This document shows positions 26,541-41,265 of a DNA stretch of 64,000 bases, one piece after another. Source of the DNA: Octopus vulgaris (Eukaryota); contig OX597820.1 in the NCBI GenBank assembly GCA_951406725.2, positions 34,472,001 through 34,536,000 of the forward strand, in the 5' to 3' direction. Every line of letters starts with the position of its first letter. Position 1 is the first letter of the stretch. The notes beneath the pieces were generated by a model. That model was not told where the DNA came from and searched no databases. It saw only the letters and a program-made list of their open reading frames with translations. A program made the translations under genes and the position numbers.

Positions 26541-26690
26541 CTAATTTCAATTATCCGCACCAACGCACGGTTGCAACACCATATGGTTGTACCTCCAACC
26601 GTGCTGTTTTACTGCTGTGATTTTTGCTACTAAGGTATCGGTTAAACTTTTGATTAATCTACTACAAGATTATTCATCTTTCTATTTCAC

Positions 26691-26743
<53 letters not shown>

Positions 26744-26908
26744 GTATGTATGTTTATATGTGTGTTTGTGTGTGTATGTGTGTGCGTGTGTAAGTAACTA
26801 TATATATAGGGGAGAATTTACACAAAAAAAACAAAAGACGAAGACAGGTGGTGTAGACAACGTACAGATGCATTAGTTTAACGCTCGGGAAGTGAAAAAG
26901 TCTTTAAC

Positions 26909-26958
<50 letters not shown>

Positions 26959-27924
26959 CCTGTCGCTTACTGTTTTTATTTTTATTTGTATTTTTACTGT
27001 CTTGTATTGTTTTTACTGTCCTGTTTTTGTTACCACTTTTACCCCTCCGCAAAATATCTCAAATTATTTGCCGGAAGGACCGTTTCACCGACGTCGTGTC
27101 TCGCCTTTACCTTCGAAACGCGGAGTAGACGAAACGGAGGCGGCTGAAGAAGGGGAATTTTCCTTGTGTTGTATGTCTTGTACCCTGTTTTTTCGTTGTT
27201 TAAAAAGATATCCGTTTCCATGATTCTGTTTTTACGTTTTCGTTTCTCATCGTGTTCGACGTTTTTTTGGTGTCCTGTACCTATATATGCATGTATACAT
27301 ACATATAGATGTAGGTACGTACACATATGTATGTATATATGCATGTTTTATTTATTATTTTGTTATATATATATATACATACGTATGTATGTTTATATAT
27401 GTGGGTTTGTGTGTGTATATATATATATATGTTTGTGTATGTGTGTGTGTGTGTGTTTGTATTTGTTCCCTATCATCGCCTGACAACCGGCATTGACTTT
27501 TTTACGTCCCCATAACGTAGAGATCCGAGAAAAGGGACCGATAGAATAAAAATCAGGTTGAAAAAAATTGTACTGAGGTCGATTTGTTTGACTAAACCCT
27601 TCAAGGCGGTGCCCCAGTATGACCGTAGTCAAATGACTGAAACAGGTAAAAGATAAAAAAAATTAAAATAAGTAGGTCATGGTGCTACTTGAACGTAAAA
27701 CTCAAAGAGCTAGAACAATTATCGCAAGAAAGACAGTCTAACTTAGTTTTACCAATCCACTGTCGAGGATTGTATCTTTTTATATCGATCCTGAAAGGAT
27801 AAAAGGCAAAGTTGACCTTGGCGGGATTTGAAATAAAATCTGAGCGTATCGAGTCAGAAGAAATACCACGAAGTGACGAATACTCAGTAAAATCTATGTT
27901 AACGAAGTTAATGTGCAGACTGTG

Positions 27925-28631
27925 AGATAGATAGAGAAATAGACCAATAACTAAATAAGGTAGCCAGATGGACAGACCTAGATAGACAAGTAGACCGAAA
28001 ACTAGTTAGATAGACAGACAAACAGATAGACCGATAGCTAGCTAAGCAGATATACTGATAGCAAACTAGATAAACAGATAGACAGACAGGTAGACCGATA
28101 GCTTGATCTGAGAGACAGATAGGTAGATGAATGGCTATATAAGATAGACTGACAGATAAACTAATAGCGAGATAGACTGACAGTCAAATAGACCGATTGC
28201 AAGATAGATAGACAGGCAGATCGATAGCTTGATAAGAGTCACAGGCTGATGAATGACTTGATAAGATAGAGTGACAGATAAACCGATAGCTAGATAGACT
28301 GACAGACAAACAAACCGATTGCTAAGATAGATATACAGACAGACCGACCGACAGCTAGATAAGATAGAGAGATAGACTGATAGCTAGATTATTGGTCAGA
28401 CAAACAGAAGGATAGACTGGTAGCTAGCTTGATAAATAGACTAATAGATAGAGAGATAAGCAGACACATAGAGCGATAGTTAGATACACCGCTAGCTAGA
28501 CAGACAAAATTAGATTGATAGTTCGATAGATAGACTGACACATAGAGCTAGACTGGCATATAGGCTGTTAGCTAGATAAGATAGACAGATAGATTGATAG
28601 CTAGCTAGACAGATAGACAGATAGGCCGATG

Positions 28632-28704
<73 letters not shown>

Positions 28705-29340
28705 ACAGACAGACAAGCAGGCGGAAAGCTAGCTTGATAGACAATCAAACTGTTAGAGAGAAAGACGGTCACCTAAACCGATAGCTAACCTAGCTAAAGA
28801 CATAATATAGACAGAAAGTTAGACCGATAGCTGGCTTGCTTGAGACAAAATGATTAATAGCTAGCTGGACAGACAGATATATAGACCGACAGCTTGCTAG
28901 CTAGACCGATAGCTAAAGAGATAGCTGGAGAGAGATATTTGGACAGGACAAAAGCAAGCTAATCAGACAGATAGACCGATGGCCAGGGAGATAGACAGTC
29001 AGATAGACAGGTAGATAGATCGAAAGCTAGCTAGATAGCTTGAGAGATCGATAGCTAATGAGATTGACAGATAGACCGATAAGTAGATAAAATAGCCTGA
29101 CAGTCAGATAACTAGATAATATGACCAGAGAGATAGACCGATAAGTAGATTGATAGACAGATAGCCCGATAGGTATGTATGATGAACAGGAAAATAGACC
29201 AATACGAAAATAATATAGACACACAGACAGACTGATAGCTAGATAAGATAGGCAGAAACTGGTAGCTATATAGATAGACCAGGAGAAAGACCGATTGCTA
29301 GCTAGAAAGATAGGTAGATCAACGGACAAACTGATACACA
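27925..29340. repeat. Degenerate GATA/GACA satellite with a higher-order AGACCGATAGCTAG motif
   Basis: Motif recurs many times among GATA/GACA units. Confidence 0.85.
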
Positions 29341-29735
29341 GACATAGCTTTCAACTAACAATAAACACGCTTCGGATAACTTTCGTTGGCTATGTACCGC
29401 CTCAGTGAAAAGTTGAGTCACGGACAGACACTAAAATGAGTTAGTGCTGTGTTTCTAAAACCGAACAAAAACAAACAAATATCAGGGTTTCCCACGCAAA
29501 AAGGTATTGAAACTTTTTGGCACTCCAACACTTTATTAATTAAAAGACAAAATAGATTCTTTTTCTTTTTTCGCATTTATATAAATATATTTTTTTCTTA
29601 GCTATGATGCTTGGACAAGTTTAAACAGTTTTAATATATGTAATCGATCTAAAATGATTTCTCGTAAAAAGAAGCTAATCAATAAATTATTTCTTACGTT
29701 TTCTGGTGGTAAAAATGGCAGTTTCGTTTGTTGAA

Positions 29736-29782
<47 letters not shown>

Positions 29783-29832
29783 CATAATAATAATAATAAT
29801 AATAATAATGATGATGATGATGATGATAATAC

Positions 29833-30369
29833 TGATGCAGTACCAGGCAGTGGCTCTCGTGGCTTCTGATCTTAACTGTTTGGAAGTGTTATCATGTACA
29901 TTGTTTTGTCTTGGTATCAAAAATGGGCTACAGCAAATATTCTGCTCAATAACACAGATTTTCTTGTCGGTTGTTTGATCTTAACCAATTGAGCATGTCA
30001 CTTGGTGGCTGACGGTATGTGCATCTCTTATCACGAGCAGAAGTAGTGGGGGAGCATCATAACCATGTGTCGAGAGGAATTCTTTGGGGTTTGAATAATT
30101 CAACTCTGGAAACATGGGTGTTTTGTTCAACATCCTTAAACAATCATTATTCAGAGACCTTTTGAGTGGAATGAGCTACTCGACTTGCAGAAAATTCCAA
30201 CTGGACCCCCACCTGTAAGGTCATGTGCTGTTTATCATATGAGATCACCACGCCGCGCACATATGGTTGTGATGCATGTACCTAATCAGACGGGTAGTCA
30301 TGATGGGTATACTGGGTTTCGTATATTTTACCCAGTTTCACTTTGATGTCATGCACTGCTCTTTCACTC

Positions 30370-30370
<1 letters not shown>
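29833..30370 (+). mobile_element. Unclassified ~540-bp interspersed repeat flanked by (AAT)n
   Basis: (AAT)n on both sides; partial second copy at 30868-30940 (GGGCTACAGCAAATATTCTGCTCAATA). Confidence 0.6.
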
Positions 30371-30431
<61 letters not shown>

Positions 30432-30433
<2 letters not shown>

Positions 30434-30794
30434 TGTCAGATACCAGGAAATCCGAAAATGGAAGAAATAAAAAAAATAGTGCTCATGGGAACTGATCATA
30501 TCCTACGTTAAATATTGGCTATGTAATCCCTAAAATATTTTTGTTTGTAAACAGTGTCAAAGTATTTTTAAATGTACATAATAACAAACACATTTTACTG
30601 TCATTTTAACATCACACTATCATCTTATAATCAAATTACTTTTAAAGCCTTGTGTTTTGACAGACAATTCCTAGAATAATACTCTGTACAAAACCCAAAA
30701 TATGATGCACTAGTCATAACAGCAAATTGTACTTCTAACTTGTTGTTTCTTGAGGTCTCTGGGTGAGATCTGGAGTCAAAGCAAAAGCCAAACG

Positions 30795-30796
<2 letters not shown>
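30432..30796 (+). mobile_element. R4/Dong-like 3' end embedded in (AAT)n
   Basis: QIPGNPKMEEIKKIVLMGTDHILR*ILAM*; 3' UTR TTGAGGTCTCTGG...TGGAG is shared with the 52078-52490 copy. Confidence 0.85.
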
Positions 30797-30870
<74 letters not shown>

Positions 30871-31302
30871 GATGGGCTACAGCAAATATTCTGCTCAATA
30901 CCACAGATTTGCTAGTCAGTTGTTTGACTTTAACCAGTTGACCTGATTTTTATTGGTGTAAGAAAAACAAAACAAAACAAAACAAAATAAAATAATCGCT
31001 TGGATATTAACTAGCTCAGCGACGCCATTAGAAAGAAAATAATACTTAAGTTTGCGTTAATACATTGAATGTGTGGAGCATTAGAAAACTATCTAGAAAA
31101 TGCTCGGTTCTAAGTATATATATCTATATAAATCTCCAAAATGGAACAAGAACGCAACAGACGACAGATAGACGATACAAAGTCGGATACAAAGACGGGA
31201 AAACAACGAAAGGACAGACAGGAAAAAAACAAGGATGGGTCATTCGCAGTTTTCTCTCGTTTGTCAGGTTTCCAAATCGTTCTTACAGTTTCGGCCTGTT
31301 GC

Positions 31303-31773
31303 ACTTGAGACTGTTCATATCTGGCTGGCCAAAAAATCTAAGCTAAGAGCATTAACTATTTTGGGAGAAAGCAAGCGAATGTGTACGGCAACAAAGCCCC
31401 CCCCCCCCAAAAAAAAGCGACAAAAAAGGAGAAAATCTTACACAATTACAAATACAAACAACAAGAAAATAACAACAGGTGTCTTTCGACTAATAGAGAC
31501 GAATGAAATTGAGCTGGCACGTGTGGAGTGAAAGCCACAGTGAAGCAGGAACATAGATGGAACATATCCCAAAGCTTTCACTATACACACGCCAGCTCGA
31601 AAGACACCTGTTGTTATTTTCTTGTTGTTTGTATTTGTAATTGTGTAACATTTTCTCCCTTTTGTTTGTCGTATTTTTGTCTTTGTTGTACACGTTCGCT
31701 TGCTTTCTCTCTAACTATCTAATGCTCTAAGCTTAGATCTTTGGGGCCAGCCAGGTTTGAAGAGTCTCAAGTG
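31303..31773. repeat. ~470-bp imperfect fold-back
   Basis: Arms 31303-31489 / 31598-31773 plus inner arms 31511-31535 / 31574-31597. Confidence 0.9.
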
Positions 31774-31994
31774 TGTGCGTGTGTATAAGAGATAATGGTG
31801 TCATTGTGACCCAAAGGTGTCAGGTAATGCTGAATAAGTGCTATAGACAGGCCACAGTTAAGTTACAGATTCGGTAATATTGCGAATAAAGGATTGAACG
31901 ATGGTTCTATGTCAGCGTCTGTATATAAGAATTTTTTGCGTAATAAGATAAAAAACCAAGGCTGTATAGATATTAGAGAATTTATAAATAGAAG

Positions 31995-32046
31995 GTCTTA
32001 CAGCTGTTTCTAGGATATTTATTAATAATATCCCTTCATCGGAGAC
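31995..32046 (-). ncRNA. Minimal type-I hammerhead ribozyme motif (U4C core variant)
   Basis: Minus strand GTCT-CCGATGA-A-GGGATATT(ATTAATA)AATATCCT-A-GAAA-CAGCTG-T-A-AGAC: perfect stem I, 8-bp stem II, palindromic stem III ACAGCTGT, GUA cleavage triplet. Confidence 0.75.
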
Positions 32047-32467
32047 GGTGTGAGAGGAAAGTTAAGTCATAGCTAGTTTAGCCTTGTTTTTTTTTAATCT
32101 TATTACGCAAAAATTCTTATATATACAATATAGGATGGGTATGTATATATATATTTACACACACTCACACACAAACACACACATCTGTATATCTACCTGT
32201 ATATATGTGTGCGTGCGCGCGCGCGTTTGTAAGGCGGTGCTCCAGCGTGGCCGCAGTCAAATGACTGAAACAAATAAAAGGAATAAAATGAAAAGGGAAA
32301 AGGATAAGTATATTTATGCATATATGCATACACTCACATATTTGAGTACGTGTGTATACACGTACTCAAATATATATGTGGTGTGTGTGTGTGTGTATGA
32401 CCGCGTGTGTACCATTGGCGATTTTTTTCCCTCCGTCTTCCCCTCTTTGGATCTTTCCTTTTCCTAT

Positions 32468-32502
32468 GTTTCTGACGAAGAGCTCCGCTCGAAACGTTAA
32501 AC
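32468..32502 (+). ncRNA. Minimal type-I hammerhead ribozyme motif with intact CUGAnGA core
   Basis: GTTT-CTGACGA-A-GAGC(TCC)GCTC-GAAA-CG-T-T-AAAC; paralog of 24672; module runs into (TA)n at ~32596. Confidence 0.72.
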
Positions 32503-32590
32503 CTTCCTTCTTTCCTTCCTTCCTGAGCGTCCAATAATACTATATTTGTTCCACGTCCTCGCGTTGTTGTGTTTTCATGTTTGGATTAAC

Positions 32591-32684
<94 letters not shown>

Positions 32685-32814
32685 TATATATATATACGCA
32701 TGCAAGAATTGGTCTACTTAGTCATCGACACCACCACCATAAAACTAATTTTCTGGATACGAGATAAAGCCGTCTCTTTCTCTCCCTCTCTACCTCCCTC
32801 ATTCTCTCTCTCTC

Positions 32815-32855
<41 letters not shown>

Positions 32856-35244
32856 TAGTGTAGTTGGTGCTGATTATTTAATTTAAGGATCATTAAAAAG
32901 CTGATTGGAATTAATAATGGGACGAAAATCGGTAGTTAAGAAGTAGTGCTAGTTTATTTAATATAGATAGTCTTAAAAAGCTAATTAAAAATATCATGGG
33001 ATGAAGCTAGAATATTTTAAATCAACGATTAGTATTAGGTTTTAATTTAGTTTTCTCTTGCCCGAAATAAAGAGTTCAATACGTTGTTAGTAGTGTTTGC
33101 TGGTTCCTGTACGTTTGTGCGCGCGCACACTTATTTTATAAGTAGTTCCTTCTATGCTGTGTGCTTGTGTGCGAACACACATTTACAATGAATTGCCTCT
33201 AAGCCAGGTGCTTGCAAACGCGCACACACGTTTTATAATTAGTTCGTTTCAAGCTGTGCGCTTGTGCGCACGCACATATTTTTCAATTAGCTCCTAAGTT
33301 ATGCATCTGGGTATGTGCGAACATGTAACACAACTGGAAATGAGAAGGAAAATCTGTGTCCACAAAATTTTCATCAGGAATTGGATTTTTTTTTTAAATT
33401 GAAGAAATTTGAGCGATGGTTACTCGCATGGATGCACACACATGTTGCAAAGAAAGTCAAAATTTCCACATAATGCAAATTTCTGTGTACATCTCAGAAA
33501 AAAAATATTAAAAAAAACATTGGTTGTCTGTGTTAAGCTATTATGGTTATGTTACACATGTATAAATTAAATAATAAATAATGATAAAAAAAAGTTTCTG
33601 CTTTTAATTACTGTTTTAATTTACTGTTCGTTTTTTTTTTTGTTATATTATCTAAAAAAAAAAAAACCCGAAGCAAGAACATAATTAAATGACGGTTGAA
33701 GCCACAGGAAATAATAATATCTCTTTGTTTAATGTATTGGAAAATTATCACAGATTGACTTGCTTGCCTTCGAATGATATATGTAATCTATCTACAACAA
33801 TTTCCTGTAACATGAAGCTAATAAATAAATTATTTCTTACTTTTTCTGGAGGTGAAAATGTCGCTTTCGTATGTTGAAGTAGTCATGTTTTTATCTATTT
33901 CCTGTGCAAGATTCAAAAAGCTATAAATTTGTAGTTTGCACAAGTATGAAATTATAAATGTCGCCATGGATCTATTAGATAAATTCTGTCATCTCTCTCT
34001 GCAACTTACTAGTCACTGCTGATTCGTACTAGCGATAATGATATAAAAAATGTTTCAAAATATTCAACGTTGTTACTTCCATCTTTTCTCTGTTGAGAGA
34101 ACGATTGCTAAAACAAGTGAGACCACATCTTCGTCATCCTTATCAATATTCTCTATTGGTCTCGTTGCATTATTTATATGCCAGGTAACCAGCTCGTCGT
34201 CTGTTGGTATGATGTAAAAACTCTTGATCAACACCGTGGGTAATATACTCTTCAAACTGTTCTCCCGTTGCCTTGAACTGAGGGGTTACCTCACCTTATT
34301 TAGCGGGAGCACATCTACAACAGTGAAACCAGTTTTTTTGTTTAGAAACAACTGATGAGTATGGAATTCTTAGGACCTGTAACTAAATGAATACTAGCGT
34401 ACTTCAAAACTATGGTAAATATCTGTATCGTTTCTTTGCACTACACTTTCTTTTACGAGTCATCAGTAACGCATTGTAAAATGCAGACTAATTTTTTTAT
34501 GAACCCTTGCTTTCTCTTTATCAATTTCAGAAACTAACGCTTAGCTCTAAGTCACTTTCGTTTTAATCAGCTCACTTTACTCGACAACAACGCAAAAATG
34601 CAGCTTTGTATGGTTTAGCGACACCAAATACAAAATTGCAGTTTGAAACGAACAAAGAAATTTAGCAAAACAGGATATGATGACGATATTGACAGACAGG
34701 ACCATGAAAACTAGTGAAGTGGCAAACAAACAAAAATATAATGAAAAAATATAAACAATTACTATAAAACAGGATATGATGACGAAATCAGAATATAAAG
34801 TAAAGACAATCATCAAATTGACCAATGAAATACGATAATATGTGAGTGATCAAAACGATATTTACTAAATACAAATAGCAACGGCATGACTGACCAATGA
34901 TGACAGAACAACATAGAAATTAGCGAATGAAAAGCGGAGGGAACACCTCCATAAAGTAACATTTTAGAAACAGGTTAATGAAAGTAATATACAAACCAGC
35001 TCTAATCAATATAAAAGTAACTTGAAATACCCAACAAAAATAATTCTTCAGCTGATCACAGAAGTATGATACAAGAACCGCAGAAATAAAATATTTTTAT
35101 TTAAATAAGCAGTACATTCTACATAATTTATTTAAATAATTTCATTTTCTTTTATTGACAAACTATTTGCATTTAAATGTGCGCGCATATACACCAACAA
35201 TTTTACATATTTCCATACCAAGACCTTCACGCATATAGTTACCT

Positions 35245-35482
35245 GTCTAGACATGCGCGTATATACTTAAATGATAAACTGCTGAAAAGGTTTATAGATT
35301 CTTACAGTTCCAGTGATGGCTTGGATCTGTAGTCTTCGAATCAGCTTTCTCGTTTCTGGCTTTGAGAAGCCTAATTTCTCAATATTGGTACTAAGGCAGT
35401 GTGTTACATATCCCAGGACCCCAATAATTACAGGTAAAAACCTGTACTTGATATCTGTATTCTTGAAACTATATGCAAAGAA
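35245..35482 (-). mobile_element. RLE-type non-LTR element, C-terminal fragment
   Basis: KYRFLPVIIGVLGYVTHCL...EKLGF...RLQIQAITGTVRI matches the PVIIGALG...LQ...GT RLE tail. Confidence 0.75.
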
Positions 35483-35619
35483 TGTATGTATGTATGTATG
35501 TATGTATGTATGTATGTATGTATGTATGTATGTATGCATGTATGTATGTACGTATGTATGTACGTATGTATGTAAATATACTGAAGATCGTCGATACTCT
35601 GTTACCCCATCCTACCATT

Positions 35620-35740
35620 ATAGACCACTCGGACACCAACCAGAGACCAATACTACCACCAGCATAAGTATGGAGCTAAGTAGCCCACCATCAATTCTAC
35701 CACCACTGGTACCACCACTGCATCTCACCACCACTGCTAT

Positions 35741-35804
<64 letters not shown>

Positions 35805-35820
35805 GCTGCTGCTGCTGCTG

Positions 35821-35865
<45 letters not shown>

Positions 35866-36655
35866 ACGCCATCACACCAAATTACACCTCAATTCCTATA
35901 ATCCGCACCACCGTCTTTACTCCCACGCCAACACCTCTACTCCATTACCGACACCATTACATTCCACTCCTATCGCCACAACCTTAATCACCTGCACCAC
36001 CATCGTCACCGCCGCCACAAGAATGACGACGGCCACCACCACTATCACCACCATCGCCATTGCCGTCACCACTACATCCACTACATCCCACCATCACCAA
36101 CACCACCGCCATTATCCACCACCACCACCACCACCACTACCACCACCACCACCACCACCACCATTTTCGACCACCGCTACCACCACCGCTACAATCACCA
36201 CCACACCATCACCATAATCACCAGCATCATCACTACATCCACTACTTCTCACCATCACCAATACTACAACCATTACACTCCATCACCCCTACTACCACCG
36301 CCACCGCCCACCGCCGCCACCACCACCGCCACCACCGCCGCCACCGCCACCACCGCCGCCACCGCCACCACCGCCGCCACCGCCACCACAGCCGCCACCG
36401 CCACCACCGCCGCCACCGCCACCACCGCCGCCACCGCCACCACCGCCGTCGCCACCTTCACCACCTTCACCACCGCCGCCACCGAATACGCCGCCGCCGC
36501 CGCCACCGCCACCGCCACCGCCACCGCCACCGCCGCGTCCGCCACCACCACCGCCGTCGCCACCTTCACCACCACCACTACCACCACCACCACCACCACC
36601 AACCCATTATTATTTCTCACCTCTCCTGCCGTCGCCGCCGCCACCCCCAACCACT
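35620..36655. repeat. Compound (CTA)n/(CCA)n/(CCG)n low-complexity tract
   Basis: Trinucleotide mosaics open in several frames. Confidence 0.9.
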
Positions 36656-36936
36656 AAAGTAACTATGTATGTGTCTACTTCTTCCTTCAAGTAATGAGAT
36701 TTGTAAATCTACACCAAAGACTTGTTCTATGTTCATTTCAAACTTTGAGACAGTTAATTGACGGAGCTGTTTTAGTTTAATGACGTCACCAATATAATTA
36801 TCTCCTCTCTCCAACACCATCATCACTCTCATTACTGTTCATTGATCACTGATTTGTGCAAATCAACAACTGCCTGCCTGTTCACCAGTCTATGTACCGT
36901 TGTCGGTCTGTCAGCTGTCTGTCTGCCTGCCTGCGA

Positions 36937-37024
<88 letters not shown>

Positions 37025-37163
37025 GTCTCTCTCTGTCTCTCTCTCTCTCTCTCTATCTATCTGTCTACCAGTCTGTCTGACTGTCTGGCTATCTATCCAT
37101 CCATCCATCCGTCCGTCCGTCCGTCCGTCCGTCCGTCCGTCCGCCCGCTCGTCCGTCTGTTTC

Positions 37164-37255
<92 letters not shown>

Positions 37256-37371
37256 GCAATCTGTCTATCCATCCATCCATCCATCCATCCATCCATCCAT
37301 CCATCCATCCATTCGTCAGTTCGTCCGTCAGTCTGTCTACCTGTCTATCTATTTATCTATCTATCTATTTA

Positions 37372-37445
<74 letters not shown>

Positions 37446-38016
37446 CACCTATCCATCTATCCATCTATCCATCTACATACCTATCAAATGCTAAATTATC
37501 ATAAAATACACCTCTCCAATAAATAACAAAGCTGTGCCAACATTCCCTAAACGTTATGCTAAACTCTTGAACCCGTTCCTTCTTCCTATCTCCAATTGAT
37601 GTTTAGAATGTTAAAACCCATTTAATACGCCATTCCATTATCGCTAAAACTGCACAGGGCGTGCAAAGAGCCGTGATTAATATTCAATGCCATTAATTTC
37701 AACTGTCTTCATGTTCAAAATCGCTTGCAATCTTGGTCAAAGTATGTTTAGCTTGGTTTTGAGAGAAATATGAAAAATGCGCCGCAGAGTAATATGTTAA
37801 GACTGATAACGAAGACCTATGAGTAAAGGTGTTCCAGATGTGACTTTTCCGTCTGATTCTATAGCTATTATGTCCAACAGGCCGTTAATTCGTTCCTCTC
37901 TACAGCGTTAGAAAGTCTTGCTGTAAGCAACACTTGTCCACGAGGTATTTCTGTTGCTCTTATATTTAATCTGTCTTTTCCGACTGGTTTGTATAGTAAA
38001 CGGTAACATCTTCTTT

Positions 38017-38072
<56 letters not shown>

Positions 38073-38088
38073 TCCGTGCTTTTGTGTT

Positions 38089-38123
<35 letters not shown>

Positions 38124-38887
38124 ATGTATGTATGTATGTATGTATGTATGTATGTATGTATGTATGTATGTGTGTGTGTATGTATGTATGTATGTATATG
38201 TATGTTCGTATGTACGTACGTACGTATGTATGTATGTATGTATGTATGTATGTATGTATGTATGTATGTATGTATGTATGTATGTATGTATGTATGGGTT
38301 TTTTTATATAGTCCATATATAATATGTATACATACAGGAAGAATTTCGTACAGTTTCCTAATATATACCAGTGAGCTCAAACGCCAATTTAAATGTTACA
38401 GAAAGCGAAATTCTTAACCACAACACCATGCCGTCCTGCTATTACAGTCGCTTAGTAACTTGCAAACCGTCCTTTAAATGGTCAGTTTAAATGCTCAAAG
38501 GTTAAAGGCGGTTCAGCCAAACCGTGACTATAATTTTTGACGGATATCTAGAAATATAAATGGAACATAAGAGTGGCTGGTATAAAGTGACCGAGGGCAT
38601 TTGAAATGATGTGCTACAAGTGAGTGATACGGGTTTTCTGGTTGACTCGATAATCAAATGATTCAGTTCCTGAGAAGAACGGAACGGACCGAAATCTGTT
38701 GAAATAGTGAGATGTCGAAAACTGCAATATATTGTTTGACAAGGTTAGCAGTGCCCAAAACCTCTATACACTCACCTTTAAGAGCCATGTCAACGGGAAA
38801 AAAATGGAGATGAATATGGAGCGACAACATCGAGGGCTAAACCAGAAGGACTCTGGTGGCCTGTACGGCTGCATCGCGAGAACACAG

Positions 38888-39305
38888 AGTATCCTTTTAT
38901 TCTTTTATATGTTTCAGTTCAATGACTGTGGCCGTGCTGGAGCACCGCCATTGTAATCATCTTTCCACTTTCCACCTTTGTCGGAGCGGCTTTTGGTGAA
39001 GGATGGAGTTCGATGCTTACTGCCCTCTTTTGAGTTTCTTGCTTAGATATTGGCTCATCCGGGATCTCGGCGAGCCAGAGGTCAAGTTCACGTTTGAAAA
39101 CGTCTACATCCACTCCATGGAGGCTCCTCAGACGCTTCGGCAGACAGTTAAACAACTGTGGGCCCTCGAAACCCAAGCTATTGCAGTACATCGTCCTTGC
39201 CCGAGATGAAGCAGTCGGCACAGTGGGGATAGCACAGTGACGTCCTGTTCGTGGTCTGGTATAGCTCTTTATTCCAAAGTTTGGTACCAGTCCGTCCAGT
39301 ATCTT
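38888..39305 (-). mobile_element. CR1/L2-group LINE 3' end whose tail matches SINE family A
   Basis: KILDGLVPNFGI...RTGRHC.IP...NSLGFEGPQLFNCLP...FKRELDLWLAEIPDEP...SNS, followed by GGCGGTGCTCCAGCACGGCCACAGTCATTGAACTGAAACA. Confidence 0.8.
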
Positions 39306-39309
39306 TACT

Positions 39310-40454
<1,145 letters not shown>

Positions 40455-40477
40455 GAGACCAAAGTGTACGTACGCTG

Positions 40478-40526
<49 letters not shown>

Positions 40527-40529
<3 letters not shown>

Positions 40530-40781
40530 AAAATACAAAATGGGACAAGACCGCAAAACATCCAGATAGACGATACAAAGAAAACAAGGACGGGTCAATT
40601 GGAGTTTTGTTTCCTCAGTCGAGTTCCAGATTATCTTTGCAAAATCGGGTGATAATCTGGAACTCGATGAGGAAAGAAAACCCCGTCCTTGTTTTCTTTG
40701 TAGCGTTCATCTGGATGTTTTGTTGTCTCTTTTTTGTATCACCTAACTGTCTGGATGTTTTGCGTTCTTGTCCCATTTTGA
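40527..40781. repeat. (TA)n-anchored imperfect fold-back, same family as 31130-31300
   Basis: CAAAATGGGACAAGA...GAGTTCCAGATTATC / GATAATCTGGAACTC...TCTTGTCCCATTTTG. Confidence 0.88.
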
Positions 40782-41265
40782 AGGGGTACCCCCAAAATCC
40801 AGAATTTTGCAATGTTATTTTATTCACTTAGTTTTACATGTTTACACTTTTATGGTCTTCAAAGTATCCTCCATTTGAAACAATGCATTGATCCAGGTGC
40901 GTTTTCCACTATTCGAAGCAGTGAAGTGATGCTTCTAACGCCCCCGTCATTTTTTTATTCACCTCTTCCACATCTGCAAATTCCGTATCATCAGCTTTCG
41001 TCACCAGTGATGACCTTCAGTCCGGAACAACTTCCAACTGTTCTTTCTGTGCACGATACATATTCAGTCGTGACTATTGTTGATCTTCCATGAGCAGGCG
41101 AGGCACAAATTTTGCCGCAATTCTTTTTATTCGCAATTCTTCGCTCAAAATTCGTTGACAGGGGTTCCGGACATACAAATCATATCAAGTTCGTCAGTTG
41201 TTCGGTGACGGTTCTCCAAGATCAGTTCATATATTTTCATGATGTATTCTTTCGCAGGATCCTGT
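40782..41265 (-). mobile_element. Mariner fragment related to 2752-3664
   Basis: Right TIR GGGGTACCCCCAAAATCC and reverse complement of the C-terminal and AKFVPR regions. Confidence 0.8.

Noticed and set aside
35313-36662. Thr-, His/Arg- and Val/Ala-rich ORFs resembling a mucin or His-rich protein
   Set aside because: Trinucleotide repeats open in all frames and on both strands; no complex domain or splice support.
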